Virus record (IMG/VR): IMGVR_UViG_3300035210_000132
Location: 92,596 to 156,595 of that record
DNA: 64,000 nucleotides
Strand: one strand, 5' to 3'
Source: a virus
The position numbers were made by a program, and so were the translations under genes. Positions 1-8,828 of the stretch are shown here, one piece after another. How positions within the stretch are numbered: position 1 is the stretch's first letter; every line of letters begins with the position of its first letter. The notes under the pieces are model-generated. The model searched no databases. It saw only the letters and a program-made list of their open reading frames with translations, and was not told the origin of the DNA.

Positions 1-41
1 GCGGCCATCCCATAGACGCCAGTACGTTCGCTGCCTGGAAG

Positions 42-722
42 ATGGAAGAGGCTGAGGGGGGTTCTGGCTGTGCCGACGTCAGTGGCAACACCCGGAACCT
101 GACCCTGGTAGCGGGAACATTTGCTCCTACAGATGGGATCATCTTCGACAAAGGTAGATCTCGCTACTTCGATGGCCTGACCCGTTACGAAGGTGCAGGA
201 GACAGCAACTGGGTGGCGTTCTGGAAGGGAGTCTGGACCGCCGAGCTCTGGGTGATGATCGGAGACAACAACACTGCTTCTGTAGATCTGCTCAGCTACC
301 AGGCCGACAACAACCTGGTAACCCTGAGCCTGGTTTACACTGCCGGAGATTACTATGGCAAAGTTCTCTGGCAGCATGGCGCTGGCGTGAGCTCTTCTTT
401 CACGACCACCAAGCCGATCATCAAGGCCGACCTCGCGCGGGATCGCTACCACCTGAGCTTCCGCAAGTACGAGGTCTCCGGCTCCTATTATGTGAACATC
501 TTTTGCAACGGCCAAGTGAAAGAGAGCTCTGGAGTTCTGGTCAATGCCGATGGTGCAGGTACGGGGACCTTCTCTCTGGGAGGCGTGACCCACCCGTACT
601 TCGGTAGGATCGATGACGTCAGGCTCTCAAGTATCCCCAGAACCGACGAAGAGATCTACGCCTCCTACGCCCGGGGCCTCGGGGGCGCAGCCATCACCTT
701 TGTTACCGTAGAGGGCATCTAG
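42..722 (+). CDS. LamG (concanavalin A-like lectin/Laminin_G_3) domain protein. The ORF may extend upstream of the window (no in-frame stop before position 42).
   Basis: C-terminal signature 'FGRIDDVRLSSIPRTDEEIYASY' matches the Laminin_G_3 consensus (xGxIDDVRIYNRALSAxEI). It is a paralog of the next ORF. Confidence 0.6.
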   Translation: MEEAEGGSGCADVSGNTRNLTLVAGTFAPTDGIIFDKGRSRYFDGLTRYEGAGDSNWVAFWKGVWTAELWVMIGDNNTASVDLLSYQADNNLVTLSLVYTAGDYYGKVLWQHGAGVSSSFTTTKPIIKADLARDRYHLSFRKYEVSGSYYVNIFCNGQVKESSGVLVNADGAGTGTFSLGGVTHPYFGRIDDVRLSSIPRTDEEIYASYARGLGGAAITFVTVEGI

Positions 723-724
723 TT

Positions 725-1444
725 ATGGGTAGAGGTCACGCACTCGATGCAAACACCCTAGCGCTGTACCGATTCGATGAGAACTACCTCGAGGCCAAGG
801 ACTCGAGCAGCCACGGCTACGACTTGCTCCCTACGAACAGTGCAGGTCAGTGCGTGGCCTCTTTGGTCAGGGACCGAGGTAAGTCCAAGTTCTTCGATGG
901 TACCTTCGGTCTGAGTGGTGGTGGCGGGAATTCCTGGGCAGCTTTCTTTGCTGGAGAGCACACGGTAGAACTCTGGTCCCGTCTGGGGGATACAGGTAGT
1001 ACCAGCAGGAGGTTCTTTGAGTTCTACAGCCCTGGGGGTACCGCGGTATCAAACCGCTTCTACTTTGGCTTGAAGAGTGACCCCTGGAAGCTGATGGTGG
1101 GCTGGGATCATGGTACTCGGGTGACCGTCGAAGACAACAGCTTCCCCTTGGGCTTCAACCCAGTGCTCTATGCCCGGCACTACGCCTATCGCAAGCGCCA
1201 AAGCGGAGGCAGCTGGGTTATAGACTACTTCGTCAACGGGACATTGATCGACAGCTCGGGGGAGCTTCCAGACAACTACTCCGGGGGGTCTTTGTGCACT
1301 CTCTATGTCGGAGGGGCAGTAACAGAGGCCTTCTTCGGTAGAATCGACGACGTTCGCTTCTCTACCATCGCTAGAACCGAAGCTGAGATCCAGGCCTCGT
1401 ATACCAGAGGCGTGCTCGAGCCTGTACTCATCATCGAGAGCTAA
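725..1444 (+). CDS. LamG-domain protein, tandem paralog of the preceding ORF
   Basis: It shares 'FDG..G....W.AF..GE.T.ELW' and 'FFGRIDDVRFSTIARTEAEIQASY' with ORF 42-722. An RBS lies immediately upstream. Confidence 0.6.
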   Translation: MGRGHALDANTLALYRFDENYLEAKDSSSHGYDLLPTNSAGQCVASLVRDRGKSKFFDGTFGLSGGGGNSWAAFFAGEHTVELWSRLGDTGSTSRRFFEFYSPGGTAVSNRFYFGLKSDPWKLMVGWDHGTRVTVEDNSFPLGFNPVLYARHYAYRKRQSGGSWVIDYFVNGTLIDSSGELPDNYSGGSLCTLYVGGAVTEAFFGRIDDVRFSTIARTEAEIQASYTRGVLEPVLIIES

Positions 1445-2563
1445 CTACTTCTGTAGCCCGTACGTGTACGTGTACGGGATCCGATCTTCGATGCCCTCGA
1501 ACCACACATGCCCGATGTCCGGGAAGTGGATGTTCTTGGCGATGCTAGAAAAGCCTGAGAACAGGTCGAAGTGAGCTCCGAAGATACCTCCTCCCGTATC
1601 GTTCACGGAGAACCAGCCGTCGTGATCATGCGCCTGGGACAGCCAACCTCCTAGAGACTGGCCCCAGATCTCAGCAATCCGGACTCTCGTTCCTACGGGT
1701 ACCAGGCCACCCTTGTTGCGGAAGGCTGGAGCGCTGGTAGCGTACTTGCCCAGATCGGCTGCTACGGTCTTGTAGAACTGGTACGAGATCTTATTCTGTC
1801 CAATGCCAAAGCCCTCGGTCCCGAGCTCCGTGACTTCAGAGAACGCCAGCGCCCCGGTGACTTTGTACTTAGCCCCTTCTGGAATAATACGGATACCTGC
1901 GTAGCCCGCTCGATCTGGGATGAACTTGTTGTTGATCGCGTAGTCCAAGACAGGGGCGTACATCTCTGCCGATACAGGAACACTCTTGCCTGTGACATTC
2001 AACAAACGCCCATCACCCAGCTTCCCCGTGCCTTCAAGGGACATCTCAGCAAAGAAGTAGGGCTCTACTTTTGCGAGGACTTTGTGGTTGTTGTCATAGA
2101 CTTCTACTGAAGCAGGTTGTCTGCCTTTCCAGCGAGCTTGATCGGCCAGATAGTAGTTGGTCAGGCGCCAGCGCCGCATGGCTGTGAAGCTACGAGGCAT
2201 ATCCTCAAGGAACAGACGGTACTTGGCCAACGCAGGCACCGTCTGCTTCTCTCCGGCAATGCCATCGACATCAAGATGGCTGTCTCCTTGAAACGTCCGG
2301 ATGGCCCTGACACTGAGCTCACTATGCAGGTTGCCATCGAACTGCCCCTCTTCTGGGTAGTACCCCAAGGCAGCCAGGATCTTTTGTATCCCCGCTGCAC
2401 TGGCGACATCGTATGCTGGGTTAACTGCTTTGAGCGGAAGAGTAGCTTTGCGCTTCAGGCCATCGGCCAACTCTCTTCTAGCGGACTGCAGGAGGTCGTA
2501 ACGATTCTTGAAGCTGGACATATAAGGATAGTCCCATGAAGCTGGTTCTTCAGCAAATGCCAA
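1445..2563 (-). CDS. Peptidoglycan-binding domain + MltA/3D-domain lytic transglycosylase-like cell-wall hydrolase
   Basis: N-terminal PG_binding_1-like 'IQKILAALGYYPEEGQFDGNLHSELSVRAIRTFQ'. C-terminal 3D-domain motif 'GTRVRIAEIWG...DTGGGIFGAHFDLFSG'. Confidence 0.55.
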   Translation of the reverse strand: MAFAEEPASWDYPYMSSFKNRYDLLQSARRELADGLKRKATLPLKAVNPAYDVASAAGIQKILAALGYYPEEGQFDGNLHSELSVRAIRTFQGDSHLDVDGIAGEKQTVPALAKYRLFLEDMPRSFTAMRRWRLTNYYLADQARWKGRQPASVEVYDNNHKVLAKVEPYFFAEMSLEGTGKLGDGRLLNVTGKSVPVSAEMYAPVLDYAINNKFIPDRAGYAGIRIIPEGAKYKVTGALAFSEVTELGTEGFGIGQNKISYQFYKTVAADLGKYATSAPAFRNKGGLVPVGTRVRIAEIWGQSLGGWLSQAHDHDGWFSVNDTGGGIFGAHFDLFSGFSSIAKNIHFPDIGHVWFEGIEDRIPYTYTYGLQK

Positions 2564-3192
2564 ACGCCAAAGGCCCTCTGCGACACCCGTACTTGATCCC
2601 AGAGGCCGTCGAAGCCCTCCAAGAAGTAGAAAAAGAGGCCGGGCAGCTGATCTACGCGGACATGTGGAGAGACCCGGTAACCCAGCTGCTCACAAAACGC
2701 CTTCGTCCCGAGAGCCCAGGACTTGGCTACAATGGCCATAGTTTTGGCATCGGTGTGGATGTCGTCTTGGGGGCCCTACAGTTTCCCTACGACAAACTGA
2801 CCAAGCTCATGAGCCGCCAAGGTTGGTACAGTTACCAAAAAGATGGGGGTGTGCCCAAAGCAGGACACGGGCACTTCGATTTCTTTGGAGAGAAAGCCAC
2901 CCGCTACCTCATGAAGAGCTCGTATGACCCGAACACATGGAACCTCCCTGTAGAAGAGTACATCCAGGAGAAGTTCGGGGAAAAGTTCCAGGTTGACCTT
3001 CCTGAGGTACAGAGCCTGTTGGTCCGGATTGGCTACTGTCGTGGTCCGATTACCAAGGAGCTGGATCTCTACACACGAGAGGCGCTTCTGGCCTTCCAGC
3101 GTACCTGGAGACTTTCTGAAAGCGGCCAAGCAGACCCAGCTACCTGCAGAGCCCTGGTTTTGATCGCATCCTCCGCCGAGTTCAAGCGATAG
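2536..3192 (+). CDS. Peptidase M15 (VanY/L-alanyl-D-glutamate peptidase-like) endolysin with C-terminal peptidoglycan-binding domain
   Basis: 'GHSFGIGVDVV' fits the SxHxxGxAxD motif and 'HGHFDF' is a second His motif. The C-terminus 'LDLYTREALLAFQRTWRLSESGQADPATCRALV' is a PG-binding repeat. Confidence 0.6.
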   Translation: MKLVLQQMPNAKGPLRHPYLIPEAVEALQEVEKEAGQLIYADMWRDPVTQLLTKRLRPESPGLGYNGHSFGIGVDVVLGALQFPYDKLTKLMSRQGWYSYQKDGGVPKAGHGHFDFFGEKATRYLMKSSYDPNTWNLPVEEYIQEKFGEKFQVDLPEVQSLLVRIGYCRGPITKELDLYTREALLAFQRTWRLSESGQADPATCRALVLIASSAEFKR

Positions 3193-4621
3193 CCTGACCC
3201 CACAAAAAACATAAGGAATACAACTCGGCTGAGGCCATCTTTATCGAACTCAGCTGGAGTTCGTCGTTCTTGTCTAGATGCCAGCCCTGGAAAGCGGGAG
3301 ATCGAAGCGCCCCTGATGGGTACTTGGCCTGAGCTTCGACCCTAGCTACCATCCCCAGATACTTCTTTGGCTCGTCGTGCATGTCTTTGCGGAGCTCGTC
3401 CGACAGGCCAGTCCCGACGCGGCCCACGATCGGTCCATCGGGGGTGTGTGAGTACAAGAACCCGCCAACCCCCTTCCCCTTGTACTTGCCCTCTCCGGGG
3501 AAGAACTCCTTGAGATAAACGTCGTGGTCCTGCTTGAACTTGACCTTGACGGCTGGGCGGCTTTCCTTCAGGTGCCACGCTACTACCCCCTCCTCCGTCT
3601 CGGGAATGTTGCCCGCCCGAATATCTTCCAGGAGCTGCTTCTTGGCTTCTGGGGTCGTAGCCATCCGGGGTAGATGAAAGATGTCGGGGAGCTTGCTCTC
3701 TACCTCGCGAAGGACTTTGAGCTTCTGTTCATAGGGAGCCTTGTCTAGATCCTTGCCTCGGTAACGCACGACGTCATAGAGCACGGGAAGGAGCTCACCA
3801 TGCTGCTTCTGCTTCTCCCGGCTCTTCCAGACATCCGTGTTGAGCATGCCTGCTAAGATATGCGCCGGGGTCGCTTTGCCGGTTTCCGGGCTGATCGCGT
3901 AGAGCCCTCCTCTGAGGATCGTGTTGCCAAGGCCAGTGGGGGTCGGGATCCCGTGGATACTCGGAACCTTGTGCGTGTGTTCGATAAGTCCCGTGGCCCC
4001 TTTTTTAGAGGGACGATACGAGACGACACGGATTTGCTGGCCAGCCTCCGGGAAGTAGAAGAGGTTATGAGCGTCATCGATCTTCGCCGAGAAGATGATG
4101 TCAGGGTCTTGGATGGGAGCTTTCTCAACCGTAGTCTCTTTGTAAGTAGGCTTGGAGTCGGGAAGATCAGGGTGCTGAGTTCGGTGGGTCGTGCGGTTAT
4201 AGAGAACCCAGTTCTTATCGTGCACTCGGTGAAGGGTGTACTCCTCTGGACCTGTTCCTTTGTAGATGTTAAAAGACACGTGACCAGGACGAGACGAGAC
4301 GATCTCGGTCTTGTCACGAGCATGAAGAGAGACTTCACCCTTGCCGTAGCCTTCGATCGTACCTTCGAAGTCCAGGTACTTCAGGGTATGAGTGGGTTGC
4401 TGGATCGCCCAGGTCTTCTCCCCAGGACTTGGCCAGCTGGCGTGCATCGCCCAAGAATGGGCATGTCCGGTGTCCGGATCACCCAGACGCAGATCAAAGT
4501 GGCGGCCTCTACGCTCGGCGTTGTGATCATGCACGGCAAACTCGAACGTCTTAGGGGCCGTGACGGTAGGAAGCTCATAGGAGCGGCTTTTGCTGGGTAG
4601 CCCTTTTGCAAAGTCAGCCAT
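3182..4621 (-). CDS. LigD-like 3'-phosphoesterase domain fused to an ATP-dependent DNA ligase
   Basis: N-terminus 'FAVHDHNAERRGRHFDLRLG...SWAM...LKYLDFEGTIEGYGKGEV' resembles the LigD PE domain (HYDLRLE...WAVPKG...DFEGTIP). C-terminus has 'AKIDDAHN' (KxDG-like), 'EGVVAWH', 'KVKFK' and an OB-fold-like tail. Confidence 0.6.
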   Translation of the reverse strand: MADFAKGLPSKSRSYELPTVTAPKTFEFAVHDHNAERRGRHFDLRLGDPDTGHAHSWAMHASWPSPGEKTWAIQQPTHTLKYLDFEGTIEGYGKGEVSLHARDKTEIVSSRPGHVSFNIYKGTGPEEYTLHRVHDKNWVLYNRTTHRTQHPDLPDSKPTYKETTVEKAPIQDPDIIFSAKIDDAHNLFYFPEAGQQIRVVSYRPSKKGATGLIEHTHKVPSIHGIPTPTGLGNTILRGGLYAISPETGKATPAHILAGMLNTDVWKSREKQKQHGELLPVLYDVVRYRGKDLDKAPYEQKLKVLREVESKLPDIFHLPRMATTPEAKKQLLEDIRAGNIPETEEGVVAWHLKESRPAVKVKFKQDHDVYLKEFFPGEGKYKGKGVGGFLYSHTPDGPIVGRVGTGLSDELRKDMHDEPKKYLGMVARVEAQAKYPSGALRSPAFQGWHLDKNDELQLSSIKMASAELYSLCFLWGQAIA

Positions 4622-4731
4622 GCGCTTAGCCTACCACCGCAAGCGTAGGGGTCACGGTGCAATATGGTCAAGATCTGTATTTCCTCGGAGATAAGTTGGC
4701 TGAGTGAAGCTCATAGCTATGGAGAGGTGCC

Positions 4732-5064
4732 ATGTCGATACACAATTTTCGCGCTCTACATGCGAAGATGATCAGACTCCAGAAGCTCTTGGATAAGGTG
4801 CTTCCGGAAGCCATCGAAGCTGCTGAGCAACTGGCCTATCTTGAAGGGCGGCTCAAGCCTGCCAAGACAAAGACCGTATCAGAAGCGAAGGCCTTGGCTG
4901 CGAAGATCAAGGCCTTCAGAAAGAAGCATCACAAGTCGCGATCCTGGGCTGCACAGCGTCTTGGGATCACGGAGGTTGATCTAGAGCAGCTGGAGCTAGG
5001 ACGGGAGGTCCCCATCAATGAAGAGAAGCTACAAGAAGTCTTTCCCAATCTCAAAAGCGCCTAG
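4732..5064 (+). CDS. hypothetical Lys-rich protein
   Basis: ORF with RBS 'ggagag' upstream. A GATAAG promoter-like motif lies at ~4690. Confidence 0.4.
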   Translation: MSIHNFRALHAKMIRLQKLLDKVLPEAIEAAEQLAYLEGRLKPAKTKTVSEAKALAAKIKAFRKKHHKSRSWAAQRLGITEVDLEQLELGREVPINEEKLQEVFPNLKSA

Positions 5065-5072
5065 GAGTTAGC

Positions 5073-5888
5073 ATGTTGGATCGACTGTCAGTTTCCCCGG
5101 TCCTAAAGTGGGCTGGGGGTAAAAGGCACCTTGCCCCCAAGATCAAAGAGGTGTTCGATGCCTACCTGGTCTCGGTACCAGAGGCCCGCCTGGTAGACCC
5201 TTTCTGCGGTGGCTTCTCAGTACCGTTTGGTGTCAAGCCTGAAAAGTGCTTGGCCTCTGATGCCAACCCACATCTCATGAACCTCTACCGCTGGCTACAA
5301 GCAGGGCTGACTTGGGACGAGGACACCGGGATCAGGTTCGAGAATAGCTCCGAGGCGTTCTACGAGAACCGTACCAAGTTCAACACCCTCTGTGCTTCCA
5401 GAGAGTTCTGGACCAGAGAAGGCGCCCTTCTTTTTTACTACTTGAACAAAACCGGGTTTAATGGGTTGTGCCGGTTCAATAAGTCGGGCTACTTCAACGT
5501 CCCCTTCGGGAGCTACAAGAATATCAACTACTGTAAAGACCTCACGGTTTACCGAGACTCTCTAGAAGGCTGGGATCTGTTCTACGGAGACTTCGCGACT
5601 CTGCCATTGAAACCTACCGACTTCATCTATGCCGATCCTCCCTACGACGTAGAGTTCACCCAGTTCCACTCCCGTGACTTCACCTGGAGTGACCAAGAAA
5701 GACTCGCCGCTTTCTTGGCCAACCATCCAGGACCAGTGCTGGCTTCGAACTCGTCTACCGTCAGGATCATAGAGCTCTACAGCAAGCAGGGCTTCCAGGT
5801 GCTTAAGCTAGATGCCCCCAGGAGAATCTCCTGCACAGGAGACCGGACTCCCGCTGAGGAAATCTTGGCCTACAAAGCCCCTCTATAG
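5073..5888 (+). CDS. dam: DNA N6-adenine methyltransferase (Dam/D12 class)
   Basis: 'LKWAGGKRHLAPKI' motif I and 'IYADPPYDVEF' DPPY catalytic motif. Confidence 0.85.
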   Translation: MLDRLSVSPVLKWAGGKRHLAPKIKEVFDAYLVSVPEARLVDPFCGGFSVPFGVKPEKCLASDANPHLMNLYRWLQAGLTWDEDTGIRFENSSEAFYENRTKFNTLCASREFWTREGALLFYYLNKTGFNGLCRFNKSGYFNVPFGSYKNINYCKDLTVYRDSLEGWDLFYGDFATLPLKPTDFIYADPPYDVEFTQFHSRDFTWSDQERLAAFLANHPGPVLASNSSTVRIIELYSKQGFQVLKLDAPRRISCTGDRTPAEEILAYKAPL

Positions 5889-5916
5889 GAGCCAACAAGC
5901 AGAAAGGGAAAAGCTC

Positions 5917-6210
5917 ATGGGGAAGCTTGTCTGGAAAGATGTGTCCTCTTGGAGCAAGGGTGAAGTGGATAGAACGCCAAAGTCCTGGCAACTTGATCTC
6001 ATCCCCAAGCTCTTCATCACTAGACACAGGGACCACGCCCCCGAGGCTTGGGTGCTCTTTTTCGATCCATACGTCAGCTCCCGTGGCTATGAGCTCTCCG
6101 CCAGAGACATCACGCTTGCCAAGAAAGAGGCGGTCGATTTCGCCAAGAAGGCCATCAAGTGGTCCCTAGCCAAACTGGAATCAGTAGAAGACGACGAGGT
6201 TACGATCTAG
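5917..6210 (+). CDS. hypothetical protein
   Basis: Internal ATG with RBS 'aagggaaaag'. The longer ORF 5812-6210 overlaps dam. Confidence 0.4.
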   Translation: MGKLVWKDVSSWSKGEVDRTPKSWQLDLIPKLFITRHRDHAPEAWVLFFDPYVSSRGYELSARDITLAKKEAVDFAKKAIKWSLAKLESVEDDEVTI

Positions 6211-6240
6211 AGCTCCTGCGGAGCCAAAGAAGGAGCATCC

Positions 6241-6558
6241 ATGACTATCCCTGAATTGATAGAAGCGCTGATCCAGGCTCACCCAAACGTAAAAGCCACT
6301 CGCGCCTGGGCCAGAGCACTTGTTGAGGCTGCCCGGCTCGAAGAGCGTGAGGCGTGTGCTCTGCTGGCCGAGGACTGGAAGGTGTCTCCTAGCCGTGTTC
6401 CTGCCGCCATTCGTGAGAGGGATACCTCCCTCTGGCAGTACGCCATGAAGAAGGGCCAGAGCCCTGAACAGAGAGAAGGAATCTGCCGATACTGCGGAAA
6501 GCAGATAGCAGAACCATGCACCTGTTGTGCAGGATGTGCCGACGAAAGAGGACCGTAA
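6241..6558 (+). CDS. hypothetical protein with C-terminal Cys cluster (CRYCGKQIAEPCTCCAGC)
   Basis: ORF with RBS 'aaggag'. Confidence 0.45.
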   Translation: MTIPELIEALIQAHPNVKATRAWARALVEAARLEEREACALLAEDWKVSPSRVPAAIRERDTSLWQYAMKKGQSPEQREGICRYCGKQIAEPCTCCAGCADERGP

Positions 6559-6607
6559 CATGAGATATTTCCTCGACACCGAACTCAACCAGAAGTAGAC
6601 AAGTAAC

Positions 6608-6943
6608 ATGACAGAGCGAGAGAAGATCATTTCCCTGATCCATAAAACCCCCTACCCAGATCCAACAGAACACATTCTGATCATCGGACTTCTAGAAGAA
6701 GTAGTCCTCTGTGAGGAAGCCTTGGAGGGCGTTTGGGGGGAGAAGGCCAAGCACGAAGTCTATCTAAAAGGCTTCCACGGAGCTTTTCCACTGCTTCTAG
6801 GATACCCAGCTGTCTACTTTGGCCCCAATTCCGACATAGAACTCAGGGCACTGAGGACGTTAGACAAAGAGACTTTACTAGCAGTGAATATACAGTTACA
6901 GCAAACGATTCGAATTCTACTAGAGCATCAACAAAAACTGTAG
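6608..6943 (+). CDS. hypothetical protein
   Basis: ORF. Confidence 0.4.
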   Translation: MTEREKIISLIHKTPYPDPTEHILIIGLLEEVVLCEEALEGVWGEKAKHEVYLKGFHGAFPLLLGYPAVYFGPNSDIELRALRTLDKETLLAVNIQLQQTIRILLEHQQKL

Positions 6944-6999
6944 TAGAGGGACACTGGCCTTCGAGTACCTGAAGGGAGCCTGAGTCAGGAGGTTCTGTA

Positions 7000-7218
7000 G
7001 TGACCCAAGACGAGATCCGGGATCGCATGGCCGTGCTGCGTAAACGCGTGTCACTGATCTCAAAGAGCATAGAAAAGCTACGCGCTATCTGCCAGCACCC
7101 GAACGCTACTAAGAAGCATGGATCGAATACCGGCAACTACGATCCTTCGGCAGATATCTACTGGATTGATGTTCACTGCCCGGACTGCGGTAAGATCTGG
7201 CAGACAGAACAGGAGTAA
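7000..7218 (+). CDS. hypothetical zinc-ribbon protein (GTG start)
   Basis: RBS 'caggagg'. 'CQHP...HCPDCGKIW' motif. Confidence 0.4.
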   Translation: MTQDEIRDRMAVLRKRVSLISKSIEKLRAICQHPNATKKHGSNTGNYDPSADIYWIDVHCPDCGKIWQTEQE

Positions 7219-7222
7219 GCAA

Positions 7223-7495
7223 ATGTGTTTGTCCTCATTTCTGGCTACCTGTCCAAGATGTGGAAAGGCAGTAGAAACGATAACAGTTAAGGGTCTTGCC
7301 TTGGCTCGTGCCACCAGCCGCCGGGCTGGAATGGAGGAGGCAGCGGTACTGACCGAAGGATGGTGTTTGCCCGATGGTCCTGTCGGCGCCGTGATGAAAG
7401 GACTGGCCGCCGACATCCGCGCCGCTGCTGAGAAAGTCGGCACGGCACCAAAGGCTGCACCATCCGCTTCGAGGACTAGTAAGGAGAGGCTGTGA
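7223..7495 (+). CDS. hypothetical CxxC protein
   Basis: RBS 'aggag' precedes the ATG at 7223. The longer ORF 7118-7495 is in the same frame. Confidence 0.35.
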   Translation: MCLSSFLATCPRCGKAVETITVKGLALARATSRRAGMEEAAVLTEGWCLPDGPVGAVMKGLAADIRAAAEKVGTAPKAAPSASRTSKERL

Positions 7496-7863
7496 ACCAG
7501 AAGAACAAGCCATACAAGAAGCGGTTCTCGTACATCATCGACCTCGAGCAAACGAAGGACAACAACTTCATCCTGACCTCCCCGGACCCACGTATTTCAG
7601 GACGAACAGTACTACTCTGGGAGGATAGGTTCACCCTGGTTGTGGACATCAAGATCGATAACAAGGGTCAGATCATCGAGAAGCCTCCTCAGGTACTGAA
7701 CGACCTGGAACTCCTGAAGCACCAGCTCGAGGAAGAGAAAGAGAGGGCCAAGGACTTCCAACAGAAGTACTGGGACAAGCTCTCGGACGCCACAACACTT
7801 CGCCTCGAACTCAAGGTCACAGAGCTTGAGGAAGAGATCAAGCGCCTATCGGAGAAACCATGA
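7492..7863 (+). CDS. hypothetical coiled-coil protein
   Basis: GTG start overlapping the previous stop. Heptad-rich C-terminus. Confidence 0.4.
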   Translation: MNQKNKPYKKRFSYIIDLEQTKDNNFILTSPDPRISGRTVLLWEDRFTLVVDIKIDNKGQIIEKPPQVLNDLELLKHQLEEEKERAKDFQQKYWDKLSDATTLRLELKVTELEEEIKRLSEKP

Positions 7864-7927
7864 CCATGAGCATGAAAGAGAAGTTCGATCTCACAGAGAA
7901 GATCCCCGTTCTGGACCACGGCTACTC

Positions 7928-8410
7928 ATGAGAAGTGAGGCCCAAGCTAAGTTATTTGCTAAGGGTCGTCGGAGATGCACACGCTGCAAGAAACCTAAAC
8001 CACTTTCGGACTTCGGGACCCACAGAAATAGTTATCACAGTTGGTGCAAATTATGTCAAGCAGAAGACCAAAGGCAACGTAGGGCCAGTGATCCAGGCAA
8101 AGCCAGGGAGATAGCTAAAAGGTATCGAGTAAAGTGGATACGGAAGGTAAAAGAACTAATCGAAGAGGCTAAGAATAAACCATGTGCTGATTGTGGGCAA
8201 AGGTTTCCACCGTGCGTGATGGACTTTGATCATGTGGATCCAAGTCTAAAGAAGATCTGTGTTGGGCGCATGATGCATCAAACCTGGTCAGTAGAGAGCA
8301 TCAAGGCAGAGATGGCAAAATGTGAGGTTGTCTGTTCTAACTGCCATCGAATCCGTACGTGGATCAAGGGACGAAGGAGAAGACCGAATGGACCTAACAC
8401 AAAAGATTAA
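7928..8410 (+). CDS. HNH endonuclease (free-standing homing-endonuclease-like)
   Basis: Zn-finger CxxC pairs plus 'MDFDHVDPSLKK...CSNCHRIRTW' HNH motif. Confidence 0.7.
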   Translation: MRSEAQAKLFAKGRRRCTRCKKPKPLSDFGTHRNSYHSWCKLCQAEDQRQRRASDPGKAREIAKRYRVKWIRKVKELIEEAKNKPCADCGQRFPPCVMDFDHVDPSLKKICVGRMMHQTWSVESIKAEMAKCEVVCSNCHRIRTWIKGRRRRPNGPNTKD

Positions 8411-8828
8411 CGTGCTGAACTCAGGCTACGTCCAGTACATTGGGAGCATGGGCTCTGATGAAGACATCATCAGCGCCGCCCGCATGTCCACCGGCAAGGG
8501 CTTCCTTGGCTGGACCTGGGAGGAAGACACCTGGGCCGATAGTATCTGCTTCGGGTGCCGGACCCAGCACCTCCTCGCAAGTCTGCCGATCGACGAGGAC
8601 AGAGATCTGCCTGTTTGCACCAACTGCTGGTCCTCGGACGTGAAGTGGATCGAAGGAGGATCAGGACTGCACCTAGAGCCTAAGCTCCTCGGCAAGGAGG
8701 GCCAGCCCAGAGACCTGAGCCTCTTGGAGTTTCTATACTCGAACCGCCACAGCACCCCCTTCGAGATGGGTGAGCTGTGCATCGAGGTCAAGGCTCCCAT
8801 CATGGTCTTCCGAGAATGGCATCGTTAG
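8388..8828 (+). CDS. thyX: FAD-dependent thymidylate synthase ThyX, exon 1. The ORF stops at 8826 (TAG) right after the conserved '...VFREWHR'.
   Basis: 'AARMSTGKGF' and 'KAPIMVFREWHR' match ThyX consensus regions up to the first half of the RHR motif. Confidence 0.6.
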   Translation: MDLTQKINVLNSGYVQYIGSMGSDEDIISAARMSTGKGFLGWTWEEDTWADSICFGCRTQHLLASLPIDEDRDLPVCTNCWSSDVKWIEGGSGLHLEPKLLGKEGQPRDLSLLEFLYSNRHSTPFEMGELCIEVKAPIMVFREWHR

